A stretch of DNA of 63,397 nt, counting the filler, from Choristocarpus tenellus KU-1152 (Eukaryota; Protista; Phaeophyceae), in the NCBI GenBank assembly GCA_964200185.2. It is 11 parts of 11 records of this genome, joined end to end, with 100 filler letters (N's around TTAATTAATTAA, not from the genome) between each part and the next. Parts side by side here need not be neighbours in the genome. Positions count along the whole stretch, not along the records: positions 21,522 to 37,522 come from CAXNAD020000891.1; 10 more parts are not named here. One strand, given 5' to 3'. Below the pieces are notes generated by a model. It was given only the letters and a program-made list of their open reading frames with translations. It had not been told where the DNA came from and ran no database searches. This document shows, in pieces, positions 23,280-35,457 of this stretch; positions within the stretch are counted from its first letter, which is position 1, and every line of letters begins with the position of its first letter. A program made the position numbers and the translations under genes.

Positions 23280-26200
23280 TGCTGTGGTAACTGTGTATTT
23301 ATTGTTGTATGATAGGATTGGGGTTTGAGATGGTTTAAAAAAATCAATTACAGTGTTACAAACCCTGTGCTTAACTATGTGTCTGGGGACAGGATTGGGG
23401 TAAAACAGAGATTTGGGGTTAGGGTATGAAGCACATGCTTTCGATAGTCATTGCACAGGTGTTTGGTTGTGGCCTTTTCTGGAGGTGCTTAGTGTGTGTG
23501 CTGCCTACGAGGCATCTGTCTCCAGTGTTACTTCATTTGCATGTATGGAGTAGGCGTGTTTATTGTGTCATTGACATCGAAGAAGTCTTTCTATACACTT
23601 AAAAGAAATTGTGCCACATTTTCAATATTTTTATGAGAAATTTCTTTGACAGTGTACACTCTAGCAGGCAGGCGGCAATCAATCATTGCTCTTTCCTCCT
23701 CCCACGTTTTGAAAAATAAATGAGGCACAGTTGCAAAACATGAGTGTTACCACTATCACACATGTCCATAAGGGCCTCTATCCCTAACCCAAATGGTGTA
23801 ACTAACAGTACTAGTAACAGTTTGACGTGGATGGATGGCCCGTAACGTGTTGAAAAAAAAAATCAAAATCATAATTTCAACCAATGGAACAGTAAAACAG
23901 TGACAATGTCGCATATGGCTTGTATATTGGAAGCATCCTCATCCTCCATGCATTATTCTTCTGGTGCCTACCATGAATGTCTTTCTCACTGTGAATTAAG
24001 AGTGCAATGACTTGAAGGTGATACTAATTATTTTTTACACCTTACACCCTTTTTTGTATTTTTTTGTGCAGGCTAACAAGTACTACACCATTGATAGCGC
24101 CATTGCCCTTTTTGTAGCCTTCCTGATCAACCTTGCAGTTGTGGGAACCTTTGCTAGACAGTTCTATGCAGAAGAGTGCGCCTCTGCCTCTACCCAGTCA
24201 GCTTGTCTCATGAATGAGGCCATCAATCCTTCTCAGCCCGACTTTGGGTTGTGTGGGATAGATGGACTTGGTCTGTGCCAGGAGATAGGTTTATCCTCAG
24301 CCGGTGATGCTCTAAAGCAAACATTGGGGGGTGCTGCCAAGTATGTCTGGGCTATTGGACTACTGGTGAGTGCAATATTCATTCGGTTGTGCCTTCTGCT
24401 GTACTTCCTCAATGGTACTATGGGGGCTGGGGTCAGTGCTGACACACATTGCAGTGTATGTTGTAACCCTAACCCTAAACACACATTGCAGGGTATGTTG
24501 TAACCCTAACCCTTAGAAACATTGGGAGAGTTGCTGTGAAATGAAGAGAGATGGGGGGGACTCTGCTGTTTTTGTCAAACAAGTCGAGTCAAGAATGCGG
24601 TCATGGTAATTACATCGCAGTGTAGTCTAGTGCATTCAGATTTTTCCATTGTTTTTATTTTTGTATCTTGCATACTGTGGACAGGCAGCGGGGCAGAGCA
24701 GCACCATGACGGGCACTTACGCAGGGCAGTTTGTCATGGAAGGCTTTTTGAGACTCAAGATCGCTCGTTGGCAGCGAGTTCTGCTCACACGGGTTATTGC
24801 CCTAGGGCCTGCTTTAGTAGTGACAATAGCTCTAAGGGATGATCCGACCTCCACAGACCGCATGAGTGCGTGGCTGAATGTCCTGCAGAGCCTCCAGCTT
24901 CCGTTTGCCATCATTCCTCTGCTCACATTTTGCAGCAGGTAAAACCCTGTGATATTCCATGCCATTTGTTGTGCCAGATGATACCACACTTGTATCAGCA
25001 CTTGTATCAACTATTAGATGTTTTCTTCCAAACCTTGTACTTGAAAATACTATTGACTGTTTTACCTTCAGATGGCAAGATGGTGTGTGGTGGATTATTT
25101 GACCATTTGAGTCTTGCATGCAAGTTCCTTTTCAGGGTCATTGAAGCACATGATACAAGAAATCCTGCAATCCTGTGCATGATTTCACAACAATGCGAAG
25201 AAGTGAAACTAGATGGGGCTAAGGGTTAGGGCATGTACAATGGCTAATTATACGAGTTTCTGGCAGTGCCTGCTGTAGGACAAGATGTAGGGTTAGGGCA
25301 TTATTGGTATTTTGTTACAGTGGGCTCAGAATCTCTTTGGGTCAAGGTGCTCTCAGGCCACTTTCAAATCCCTAACCCTAAAGACTTGGTCCTTGCACCG
25401 ACCTATCCTCTGTCACCCATCTCCACCTGTGAAACCTATAAATGAAAATGACTAGAACATTCTTGATGTTGAAATTGCATCATGTATAGTACGGATTTAC
25501 CCTTTGTGTGATAGCATGCATCGAGGCAACAGTAACCGTAACGTTATTATTGGACTGCACCCATTGAACCCCAGGATGTAGGGTTTTGATTTTAGTCACT
25601 AGTTGGACAGAAAGAAGTATGACTCTAGAATGACATTAAATAGTCTTTTTTTTAATGCCAGTAATGTGTGCATGTATCGCCCTCATTTTTTTCTACCTTG
25701 AGTAAAGGATATTGACTCTGCACTTTTTTGTGTGTGATTCACCCTGTTGGTCATTTTGTGCTCCACAATGTGAAACTTGAGATAGTGGGGTGTTTTCATG
25801 TCATTGTAAGGCTTTTGTTTCTTGATCTGATCTGACACATGCTGTTCTAGTGTTTTTAGCAAGATACTGTTGTGGACTGTTATACTGTCAATTTGCGTCA
25901 GTATCTTTTTGGGGCAATTTTCTCAGTCTTGTTACGCATGCCATTGACTTGCTATCGAATATGCTTCCCTGGCTTTCATGTCCCCCCATTCCCTAACCCT
26001 AATCCCTATCCACATTTGCTGTGCCTCCTTTAGTGAAAGCATCATGGGGGAATTCAAGATTGGATGGATGACATCTGTCTTTGTATGGGTCATCTCTATA
26101 GGCGTGATTGGAATTAATATTTTTATTGTAGGTGGGTTTGTGATAGACTCATCCGATGGAACATCATATGAGCGGATGATCTGGATCTATCTTGGAGTAG

Positions 26201-26541
26201 TGGCTCTGTCAGGGCTGTACCTGGGTTTCATTGTATATCTGCTTAAAGCAGACCTGCAATGGCTCTATGGTAAGATACGTGCTGTCTGTGGTATGCCATT
26301 GGAAGGATGGAACGGAGGATCACAAGGTTATGGTGACCAGGGTTTTTCCAGGAAGGTTAGGGTGGATGTGCCCCACCATCTGCTTCCCACAGATGATGGC
26401 GATGATGAGCAGGAGAAAATAGTAAATGGTAGGGATGGGTGGGATGCAGTTAAATCATCTGTGGTATCTGGTGAGAGAGGGTTGATGGAGAGCAAGGAGG
26501 AGAATGGGCAACCTAACAACAGCCGACCAGTCCTAGTGTAA
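22873..26541 (+). CDS. NRAMP: NRAMP (SLC11/MntH family) divalent metal transporter, last 4 exons; 5' exons missing from the contig
   Basis: Exons 22873-23115, 24072-24365, 24685-24938 and 26034-26541 (GT-AG; phases 0, 0, 2). Signature motifs [15 protein letters not shown] (TM6), [22 protein letters not shown] (consensus transport motif) and [12 protein letters not shown]. Confidence 0.93.
24442..24515 (+). repeat. 37-bp tandem duplication ending in telomere-type units, inside an NRAMP intron
   Basis: ACACACATTGCAG(T/G)GTATGTTGTAACCCTAACCCT(A/T)A x2. Confidence 0.85.
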
Positions 26542-27440
26542 TGGATTTATTTGTTTTTGCAATGAGAGGAAGACGTGTTTGTATGTAGATTGTGTCGTAT
26601 GTTTGTGGGTGTTTTGTGTATGTCATAAATGATAATTCTATGAGGTATCAATGACACATTCAACTTGTCCATCTCGCTCATCATTTTTTTCCCAGCCGCT
26701 GTAGTGTGATACCTTTTTGAGTGATGGTAAGAGATGCGACCAGCATTACTTGAGTACCTGGTTGGTATTTGGCTCAAGGAGTGAATACAGTTGTATACAC
26801 GGAGTGGTGTGCTTTCATCATGTTGTTGAGATATGGGCTGCTGTTACCTATGACTGTGTTATGTTGAAGAGGTCAATGAGTCAAAACAGTGGGTGAACCA
26901 TTTGAAGATCAGGGTGACACCTGTATGAGGTGGATTGTTGGTCTTCATTCATGTCAAGGCTGGCCAATACCTCCCTCAAGTCAGGGTCACAGTTTCCCTC
27001 ACTCCCCAGTCCTTGGATGCCCCCCATATACAATAATATTCTGTGACGTCACCAACATGTTGTTCATGTTCGCCATGGATCACATCACAACCTACATTTG
27101 TACCAAGTTTAGATTGGTGTGGGGGGTTGAGTAAATTCTTCTCTCCAACTCTATTGGGGGGACTGTAGCAGGGGAAGCTATTTTGAACATGATCTGCTCG
27201 TCGTCACTGTTGTCCTGATCACTCTTCTCCGTGGGATTGTGGCACTCAGATAACAGCCTCTTCATCTCACCTCCTTCACCTTCATGGTGTGAGGTGTGGA
27301 ATTTCTCAGTAGTATTTTTCTCCGCTCAGATTGATTTCAAAGTGTGGAGACAGGTATACAGGCTGCAGTGCAGTGAGATGCAATAGTTGATTGTACATTC
27401 AAGTTCCGTAGCTATTCGAGCATTTCAACCACAACACAGC

Positions 27441-29127
27441 CAACACAATATCTCTTGAATTCAGAGTCGATCATTGAAGCCCAGATTGTCGTTTCTTCGA
27501 AATCGATTTTTTGGGTCATTATATTTTCTGTGAGAGGGAACAAAATTGGAATTTTCTCATACTATGTAGTTCAAAATTGGTTAGAACCTTGTTGAAATGA
27601 GGCCCACTCTAGTGCGGTGCTGTGCGTGTACACACACTCTGTTTGCACTTCAAGGCTTGAAAATTAATTTACTCTATGTTTAAAATATCGAGAGTTCAGA
27701 TAGATTTTCGTAAGAAATGCTTCGCCACTACACTCTCACGCTCAGAATTCTTCACGCTCTCAGACTTCCACAGGGACACCATAGACAGACTCTATGACAA
27801 TGCCTCATTAGGCCTAATATGGACACGTTTGGGAAGGCCAGAGCGACTCTATTACATGAAGTGCTCCATCGCTGTTGTTATGGTGATAGTGACCCAGAAG
27901 AGATTTATGGTGGAATGAAGGTGGGTCGGACTGGAAGTGGACGGACGTGTGCGATTATTGATTCAAGTTCTGTTGGGAAAACGCTTGACAAATGAACAAC
28001 TGTCAGGTCCTACACCATGAAAGTTCCTCTAGATGCTAAACGGTCAACAAAATACTGTGTTCCTATTCCAAAATATACTCTATGCTTTAAACTAACACGA
28101 TTGTAATCCTTCCTAAAAGATCACCATTCATGGGGGAAAATACTTTTTCAGTTCTCAAAAACTCTTCCTCCACTAAGTGCATTGTTTACTCTACTATTAT
28201 ACATGTCACCTACTGTTTCTCAGAGTTTAGATGTGGTTCACAAATGCTCGGTCCCTGTTCTCATATTCAGTATTTTGCACCCACTCGGAGTTCACCTTGG
28301 ACACAATGAATGGACAATCACACCGACACAACCCCTCATAAGGCCTAACATGGCACCCATTCATCACTATACACAAGATGCGAAGTCCTGGCCGTGTCCA
28401 CACATCTTGACCCTCCACCAGGACAACTGAAGCAGTCTTCACCTCCGAAAACTGTGGTGGTATGTTGGTTGCGTATAACCATGGGGAAGTCTGAGGCGAC
28501 CAAAAATACTGATTATGAGCATAGTGATCAAACATTTTTTTGAAATAGAGTAAACAAAGAATTTAGTAGACAAACAAGTTACGAAGAACTCGAACGTCTT
28601 GTCATCCCTGAACGTGAGCTTTTCGGAAAAATAATCGTGTTGATTTTTATAGCATTGATTTTTTTCGGAAAAGGAAGCATGTTTTTGTTAACCGTTTGAC
28701 ATCTAGAACAATCTTCATCACATAGAACCCCACAAACGTTCATTACTCAAGTGTTTTAACGGAACTTGAATCAAGAATTGTATATCTCTGTTCAGTTCCA
28801 GACCGACCTTCCTTCATTTGGATATAAAATACCTCCTGATGCACCAGTCACTACAACAGAGGGCAGATACGGTACAACACAACAAGGCAATAACGTAGTG
28901 ATCTTTATCGGACTTGAAGTGCCAACAGATTGCGTGCACATGGATAACAAGGCGCTAGATTGAGCCTCATTTCAACAAGGTTCTCATGAGTAATAAAGTG
29001 CACTACGAATGAGAAATTCCAATTCTGCTCGCTTTCACAGGACAGAAGGCCCCCCAAAAAATCGGTTTCTAAAAAATGTCACTCTGGGTTTCAATGAGCG
29101 AATCTGAATTCAAAAGATTTTTTGGTG
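27441..29127 (+). mobile_element. ~1.7-kb DNA transposon with ~165-bp imperfect TIRs containing a PIF/Harbinger-like transposase fragment
   Basis: 27451-27615 is the reverse complement of 28952-29117 (e.g. AGAACCTTGTTGAAATGAGGC vs GCCTCATTTCAACAAGGTTCT). The internal 27676-27950 peptide FHRDTIDRL...YMKCSIAVVMVIVTQKRFMVE*RWVGLE resembles the N-terminal part of DDE_Tnp_4/Harbinger transposases. No clear TSD. Confidence 0.6.
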
Positions 29128-29801
29128 ATGACATGCAGAGGAAGAACACTTGTTGTCCTTGTGTCCACTATGTGTAAGTGTGCATAGTACAACTGTGCAA
29201 ACTTCCAAATATCCAATACTACAACAAAACACAATGCTCACTGTCACCTTTTGATGAAAAGTTTAATGCTTTCTTGCTGGCAAGAGTTATCCTGTAACCC
29301 TAACCCTATTCTATAGCCCTCAAACAGAAACCTAGAGGTGATAATCCAAGACATTGCAATGTCTTGGTCGTTATGTGAAGAGACTGCACTCCTGTCGTTG
29401 AAGAGGTGCTACCATGTGTTACCATCAAATCAGTCAGTTGAATAGTAAATACACTTGATGGTAAAAAATTTGGGGGGGTATCTTCCATGGTGGAGAACAA
29501 CAGCACTGAATTAATGTCATCTATACTTAAATAGGAAGAGAAATGACAGGATGTATTATACAAAGCATTGGGACATGGCACAGGGCACAAGACTGATTAA
29601 AGCAGTAGAATTATGGATAGTCATCTCTGTAGGATTCAATCAAAATGTATTCTCTACTAACACATTCATGAACACATTATTTATCACCTCCAACTCTGTC
29701 CCTCAACACGTACTACAATGCAATAGCTCAACAGGGATAATTCTTAGTACACCTTCCAAAGTGGTTATTATCCCCCTTTCAAAAACCTAGTAACCTTTGA
29801 A

Positions 29802-32800
29802 TCAAGAGAGGACTTCCACAATCGCCTCTATCTCTACACAAACTCCCAATGGTAGTGTATTCACACCCACAGCCGAACGTGCATGGGCTCCATTCTCATC
29901 CCCAAACACCTCACGCAGTAGGTCGCTGGCACCGTTGATGACTGCAGGTTGACCAGTGAAGTCATCAGCAGAATTCACAAATCCTGTCAGCTTCAAGATC
30001 TTCACCTTGTTGAGATCACCCACAGCAGCTTTTGAAACGCCATTATACATGTCAAAATGACAGGACCACCGCAGAGGAGCCATGATGACCAGATAATAAT
30101 AATAATAATAATAACAATAATAGTAGTAGTAGTAGTAATAGAGGAAAGGGGGTACTGAAAGGTTAATACTTTCTGTACATAAGGGGTGGATATATCTTAA
30201 TGGTTCCACAAAAAAATGCGGGGTGAGGGTTAACCACAAAGAAGGCTATTCTGCTGCCACAAACTTCAATTCCTTTCCTCTGCCTCTAACCCTACCCTCT
30301 TTTGACATGGACATGATCCACAAGAGAGAATGGCCAAGAGCAATGTAAACAAGGCCTCAAAAGGACTCTTTTGACTCGGAACTGAAAAGAATGTTGTAAA
30401 AAAAACACATGTCGAGATTAAGGCCTATTGTGGCATATCAGAGAGGAAACACTTTGCTGCAAATTTTTCTACATTTGGTCTAGGGCTAGTTTGACAACTC
30501 AGCAGCTTCTTGTAGTTCTCGCTAACCCTAACCCTAACCCTAACCTTGACATGGTGTACTTCAAAGGATTTACAACTGAACTGCTAGGTGCAGATTTCTC
30601 ACTAGGACTAAAATCCTATCTTTCGGGTGGCAAGAAGAGGTGGGGGTGTGAAACACACGACATGAACACATGAACACCTCAAAACTCCAAAAGGTTAAAA
30701 AATGAACGCCTTGCGAACTCTTACTCCACCATATGCTACACATAATGGTACATAGCGTCTTTAACACTTCAGCCTGAAACACGGGCAACAGTTGCCTAAT
30801 GGTGTGAGCACATTGATATGATAGCCTAACGATATGAAGTTGATTCAAGTTGATTGTATGCAAAAGGTTCAAGTGGCAAGAGATTTGCAGCTTCAAAGGC
30901 AAATCGAATCCAACACAATACATTGGATCACTTGGATCACACCAGCAGGAAACCATTCGACGTTACGCAAGCAGCCTATTCACAACTGGAGAAAACAAAC
31001 AAACACGAGGGATACTTGGATACTGCCAATTTCAACTGATTTCTCTTTCTTAGTGATGCCATCATATCCATCATGAACCCTGGCAAGGATCGGTAAAGAT
31101 GTGAAGCACCTACCCTATTCTAAAAACACATCAATCTTCTTCACCAACTTTCTGTCCAAGAACGCAAACACATGACCCAACACCATAGACATACCAACTC
31201 TGAGGGACAACAGATATTAGAGAGCTCAAGTTATATACGGAAAGGGATGGACATCAAGAACAATCAACCAAAAAGAGATGGCCAAGAAAATGACTGCCCG
31301 TGGGATGACACAAGCTGACCCGATCAATCTTCAAGCGGGTCAAAGTACCTCATCCAAAGGGAAGCCACTTTGCTTGACTGTGGATTGTAACGATATTCTG
31401 GAGTTTCGCCCTCGCAAAGGCATTACTTCATTCTGCGAGCAGCCTTGAATCAAGTTAGGCGTTTTGTTACAGCTGCTGGCAGAGATTATCTCCTCTCTCA
31501 ATACCCCACTGAAGCAAGTTCCCACTAAACTCTTCAGTTGGTGCTGTATGGGAAGCGAATATCTCAAAAGCTACCAGGGTAGCTCGTTTTAACCAAACAA
31601 CGCACCCTAACCCTTGACACTGACCTTTCACCGTCGAGATGAGGTTAATTGCAACCAATCGAGCTGCAGCTGCTGCCTCTTCAACCGTCCTGTCCTTACC
31701 AACCTGAGACAGTGTGAAGAAGAAAACTGCTCTACTGAAGGGTTCAATGGAGTTGATGACCAGAGGAAGGCGATTGAACGAAAAGGTGTTTGCTGTGATT
31801 ACTGTGATGGAACTTGATTGTCCCAAAATTCCTTCTCCCTCACCGTTCCTGTAACTAGAACCCCCTCCGCATCCTTTGGAAGGTGCCCAGAGAGGAAGAG
31901 GGTGTTCCGTGCACGTGTATATTGGACATAGCTCCCTGACACATACATGATATAGGCAAAGAAGCTGCAGTGATCAGGTATTCTGTGTACTAACCCTAAC
32001 CCTAACCCTAACCCCAACCTTGAAACTGGGTACAATCATATCCAAAAACCAAGCCATCAAAGTCCAGGGGACATGAGTGGGGTTGCATGTCAAGTCGGCT
32101 CCTTCTCTCCTCAGATGTTGACCATTGACAATATGGCGTGTTCGGGGTGCAAAGGAACGCAAATCATCGTCCCCTGACCAGTCCCAATTCATTGACTACT
32201 AGGAAGAGCGCACATTTGAGCACCTGATCATCCGTTAAGTTGGTGTTTATTCCTAGGGGGCTCTACTTCAACGAGGGAGCAGGTAGGCCTGTAGGCTGCT
32301 CGTACAGGTTCAACAGGAAATATGCAATCTATCCATCCGAAATGACAACAAAATAGGCAGGAGAGTGCGCTGCATAATACCCCAAGGCACAGCGGCAAAA
32401 AATACGGTACTCAATATCATGGAGAAGATCTTGCAGGTCTAATTGAGCACATTCTTGAGAGATCCAAGAAATATCTGAATATAACAACTTTGCCAACAAG
32501 ACGTACAACCCAATGGGTGCTGCCAATGCACAGGTCCACGAATGTGTGAGTCCCTGCAGGACATATATTTGTTTCCAGTTAGGGTTAGGAGTAGCCCAAC
32601 AGAGATAACAAAACAACTGCGCCAACCTCGATATTGACTTGAGCCACTGATTGAATGCAGGGTCAGACAATGGTACTGTGTATGGCAGGGCCTAACGAAG
32701 ACGACAGCCTTCCTTTGGTCGAAAAGGAAGACAGGCGACAAAATTAACGCTATCAAAATCACCGGGCAAGTGCAGAGGTGACCTGGAGTCCACACTGAAG

Positions 32801-33360
32801 GAACATAATATGGAAACCCTATTCGCTAACTAGAAAAACGATGGATGAGCAAAAGCGAAAAGTGAGGTGAAAAACGACCACTGCACCTGAGCTTGAACCT
32901 TAAAATTGCACGGAAGGTCATTGCCTTCTTAAAAAACCAATCTAAGGCCCTTCTCTATGTCGTTCAAAGGGATCATCGTTGGGGGAGAGCATCAACAGTA
33001 GTACAACTAAAAAAACTCTTTGACTTCAAAGAAATATCAACACATCAACATTTGCACCTGCGGGGGCTGCAGGAGATGGCAATGATATTCCCAGGCTAGC
33101 TAGCTGTTCTTCCACGGGAGCTCTCATTTTTATGCCAGAAATCTTGGAGATCAGAGACCTGAGGGGGACGAGGAAATCGTTAAGACATGAAGACATTCAT
33201 ATACAACGTTTTCATTCTTCCATAGCTTGCGGCTGATCGAAAAGATGGCAGGACAGTGGGCTCACGTGTAACTTGACCACTGCAGAGTGATGAATGACTC
33301 GCAAAACAATATTTGCGTAATGGCAAACCAAAGTAGGAGAGTAGAGGTACTGGTAAACAT
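29802..33360 (-). CDS. Rid (YjgF/YER057c/UK114) family imine deaminase, Rid1-like subfamily, with bipartite plastid-targeting leader; complete 5-exon model
   Basis: Exons 33360-33266, 33158-33058, 31935-31844, 31703-31625 and 30028-29802 (GT-AG; phases 2, 1, 0, 1, all consistent). Protein: MFTSTSTLLLWFAITQILFCES-FITLQW...LGISLPSPAAPAGSYV...LFLSGHLP...VINGASDLLREVFG..GAHARSAVGVNTLPLGVCVEIE. The catalytic Arg is in HARS. Confidence 0.88.
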
Positions 33361-33981
33361 AAAGGATTAAGTTTACGACTTGTAGTTGACACATTGCAAT
33401 TGAACGATGGACGCACGAACGACGTAGAGAACAACGTAACACTCAACGCTGAAGTTACCCAAAACGTTCAAACAACACTCAATACCATAATATATAATGA
33501 CTTCAAGATTTGACTACGTTGTTACCTATGAAACATTTCGGATGTTTTGTCCCCACAAGCAGAGGAATTCCAGGGCGGGGTGGTTACTCACATAATGGAT
33601 GATAGGGGGGCTTGGGTATATCGTAGGGAGCAAGGGAGGCACGCCTCCCTACCAGAGATTGTGTCACTCGTAACAAAAGTGGTTACCTTAAGGTCTGTAT
33701 CGCTCTTTCATGTGGAGAAAACGGGTTGGTGAGCAAGACAGGGCCGTTGGGCAGTTTCGTGTGGACCCTTTCCTTTTCTCTAGATTGCTTCCATAGTGCC
33801 AGTTAAAGAGTAGGTTAGAATAATGTTTACTTTCTTTTATTTCCCGCCTGGGTGCTTCACAGTGAATACGACGTACACCCTAACTTGCCCTCTATCCACG
33901 AGCTTTATAGGAAGAGCATCCATATATATCTGTTTGTGCGTGTTTATTGATGACTTACAGAATGCAACTTGACCCATGGGT

Positions 33982-34109
33982 CTGACCAGGAAAAGTGCAC
34001 TTACATTATCCATCCGACGTATGCAAGCAAATCACTCAAAAATCGTGACATGAAAAAATTGACCCCAAATGGACAGCGGGCCCCCCCCCCCCCCCAGATA
34101 CTTTGAGTC
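33982..34109. mobile_element. MITE family B copy (partial)
   Basis: The reverse complement reads GACTCAAAGTATCTG(G)n-CCCGCTGTCCATTTGGGG...GGATGGATAATGTAAGTGCACTTTTCCTGGTCAG, the same as 48379-48534. Ends of this family also occur at 15764-15786, 37457-37522, 51480-51553, 60690-60727, 60828-60867 and 63377-63397. Confidence 0.75.
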
Positions 34110-35206
34110 CCTTCTTGTCCTTGATCTCCTGTAGGCTACGCTTGCCAGATTTGGAGTGCCTCAAATTATTACCTTGGTCATGTGCCAATTCCATGACAAT
34201 GGCGTGTGGGCTACGCCCCCATGGCTGAAGTACTTCAGAGGAGTCCTTTTGTGTTGTTGTGTGAGTTATGGATACTCTATCAACCGGATCAGAAGCATGA
34301 ATCGCTCCCACCGCCACAAAATCCTCTGCTGCATTGGACTTGGCGAACAAGATGTATCGGCCACCGCATTGTCCTGTAAAGTTACCCTTGTCATCAAGGT
34401 TGGAAGTGACATCATCAAGGTGATCTTGCGAAAATAGAGACTGCTTTTGCTTTTGACAAGGTCAATTATGCACACGGGGAATGAGAAACTTCATCCCACC
34501 CAACTGGAAACAGGTCTGTTTTTCCAGTAAGTTACAACTGTGCTCGGCACATTGTCAGCTTTAAGAGAAAGTGCCACCATTGCGGTTTGGGAAGTTCCAT
34601 CCTTGTCGAGCACGGCAAAGCGGAAGGGGAAGTAAATGGACATGTCAGGAGGCACCAACAAACGGAAATAAGTATATTTTTTGTCCCAGAAAGGCAAAGT
34701 GCTGGACTTGCCTGGTGGACGCAAGATAAACCAAGCTGGTATAGGGGAGCAATATAGTTTCTCATTCGACAAATTAGAGCCAGCAAGAAAGAGCTGCAGA
34801 AGATTCTATAGAATCGATTTCTTTGTAAGTGGCAAGGGTGATTGGAAGAATCTTAGGAATCCACAGCACCAAGAGATAAGCTTTAAACCTGTTCTAGAAG
34901 CTCTAAACACAATTGATGACCTCATAATCATTGGTGCCCACGTCACTCACCTTCTATTGGGAGTGTAACAATCAAAGTGCATGCTCTTCATCTCATCGTC
35001 CCCTTCTGGATCTGCAGAGATACAAATACTTGGATGGAAGTAGTATCCACACTAATATTATGTCCGTCCAGTGAAGTGTAGTGGTCCCAATGTGTGAAGG
35101 CAGGAATGAGATGTACAAGGCGCCTAAGATATATCGATAGCCTGATGATCAGTGGAGATGGTGGTTATCAGGTTAGCAGATGAAGGTATAGTAATTCTCA
35201 GGGTAA

Positions 35207-35457
35207 GACCCAAGAATTTAAGAGGGTAGGGCCGCGTCCTTTCGAGGTCATAAATCCAATGTAGCGATTTTGATAAATTCTTACTATTATGTTTGTTAGC
35301 AAGTATCAATAACCTTGCTCCGGACACACCTTTCATAGTCGTACACATTTTAGGTAACTGTGTTGAACAGATGAAAAGGGGCATAAAAAAACTGTGGGAA
35401 GTCAAGCTCCGAACGGACAAACAGGGCAAAACCCCTACCCTCTTTAATGCCTTGGTC
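35207..35457. mobile_element. MITE family A copy (diverged), TAA/TAA flanks
   Basis: GACCCAAGAATTTAAGAGGGTAG...GGACAAACAGGGCAAAACCCCTACCCTCTTTAATGCCTTGGTC, colinear with 61860-62116 and flanked by TAA on both sides. Confidence 0.7.
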
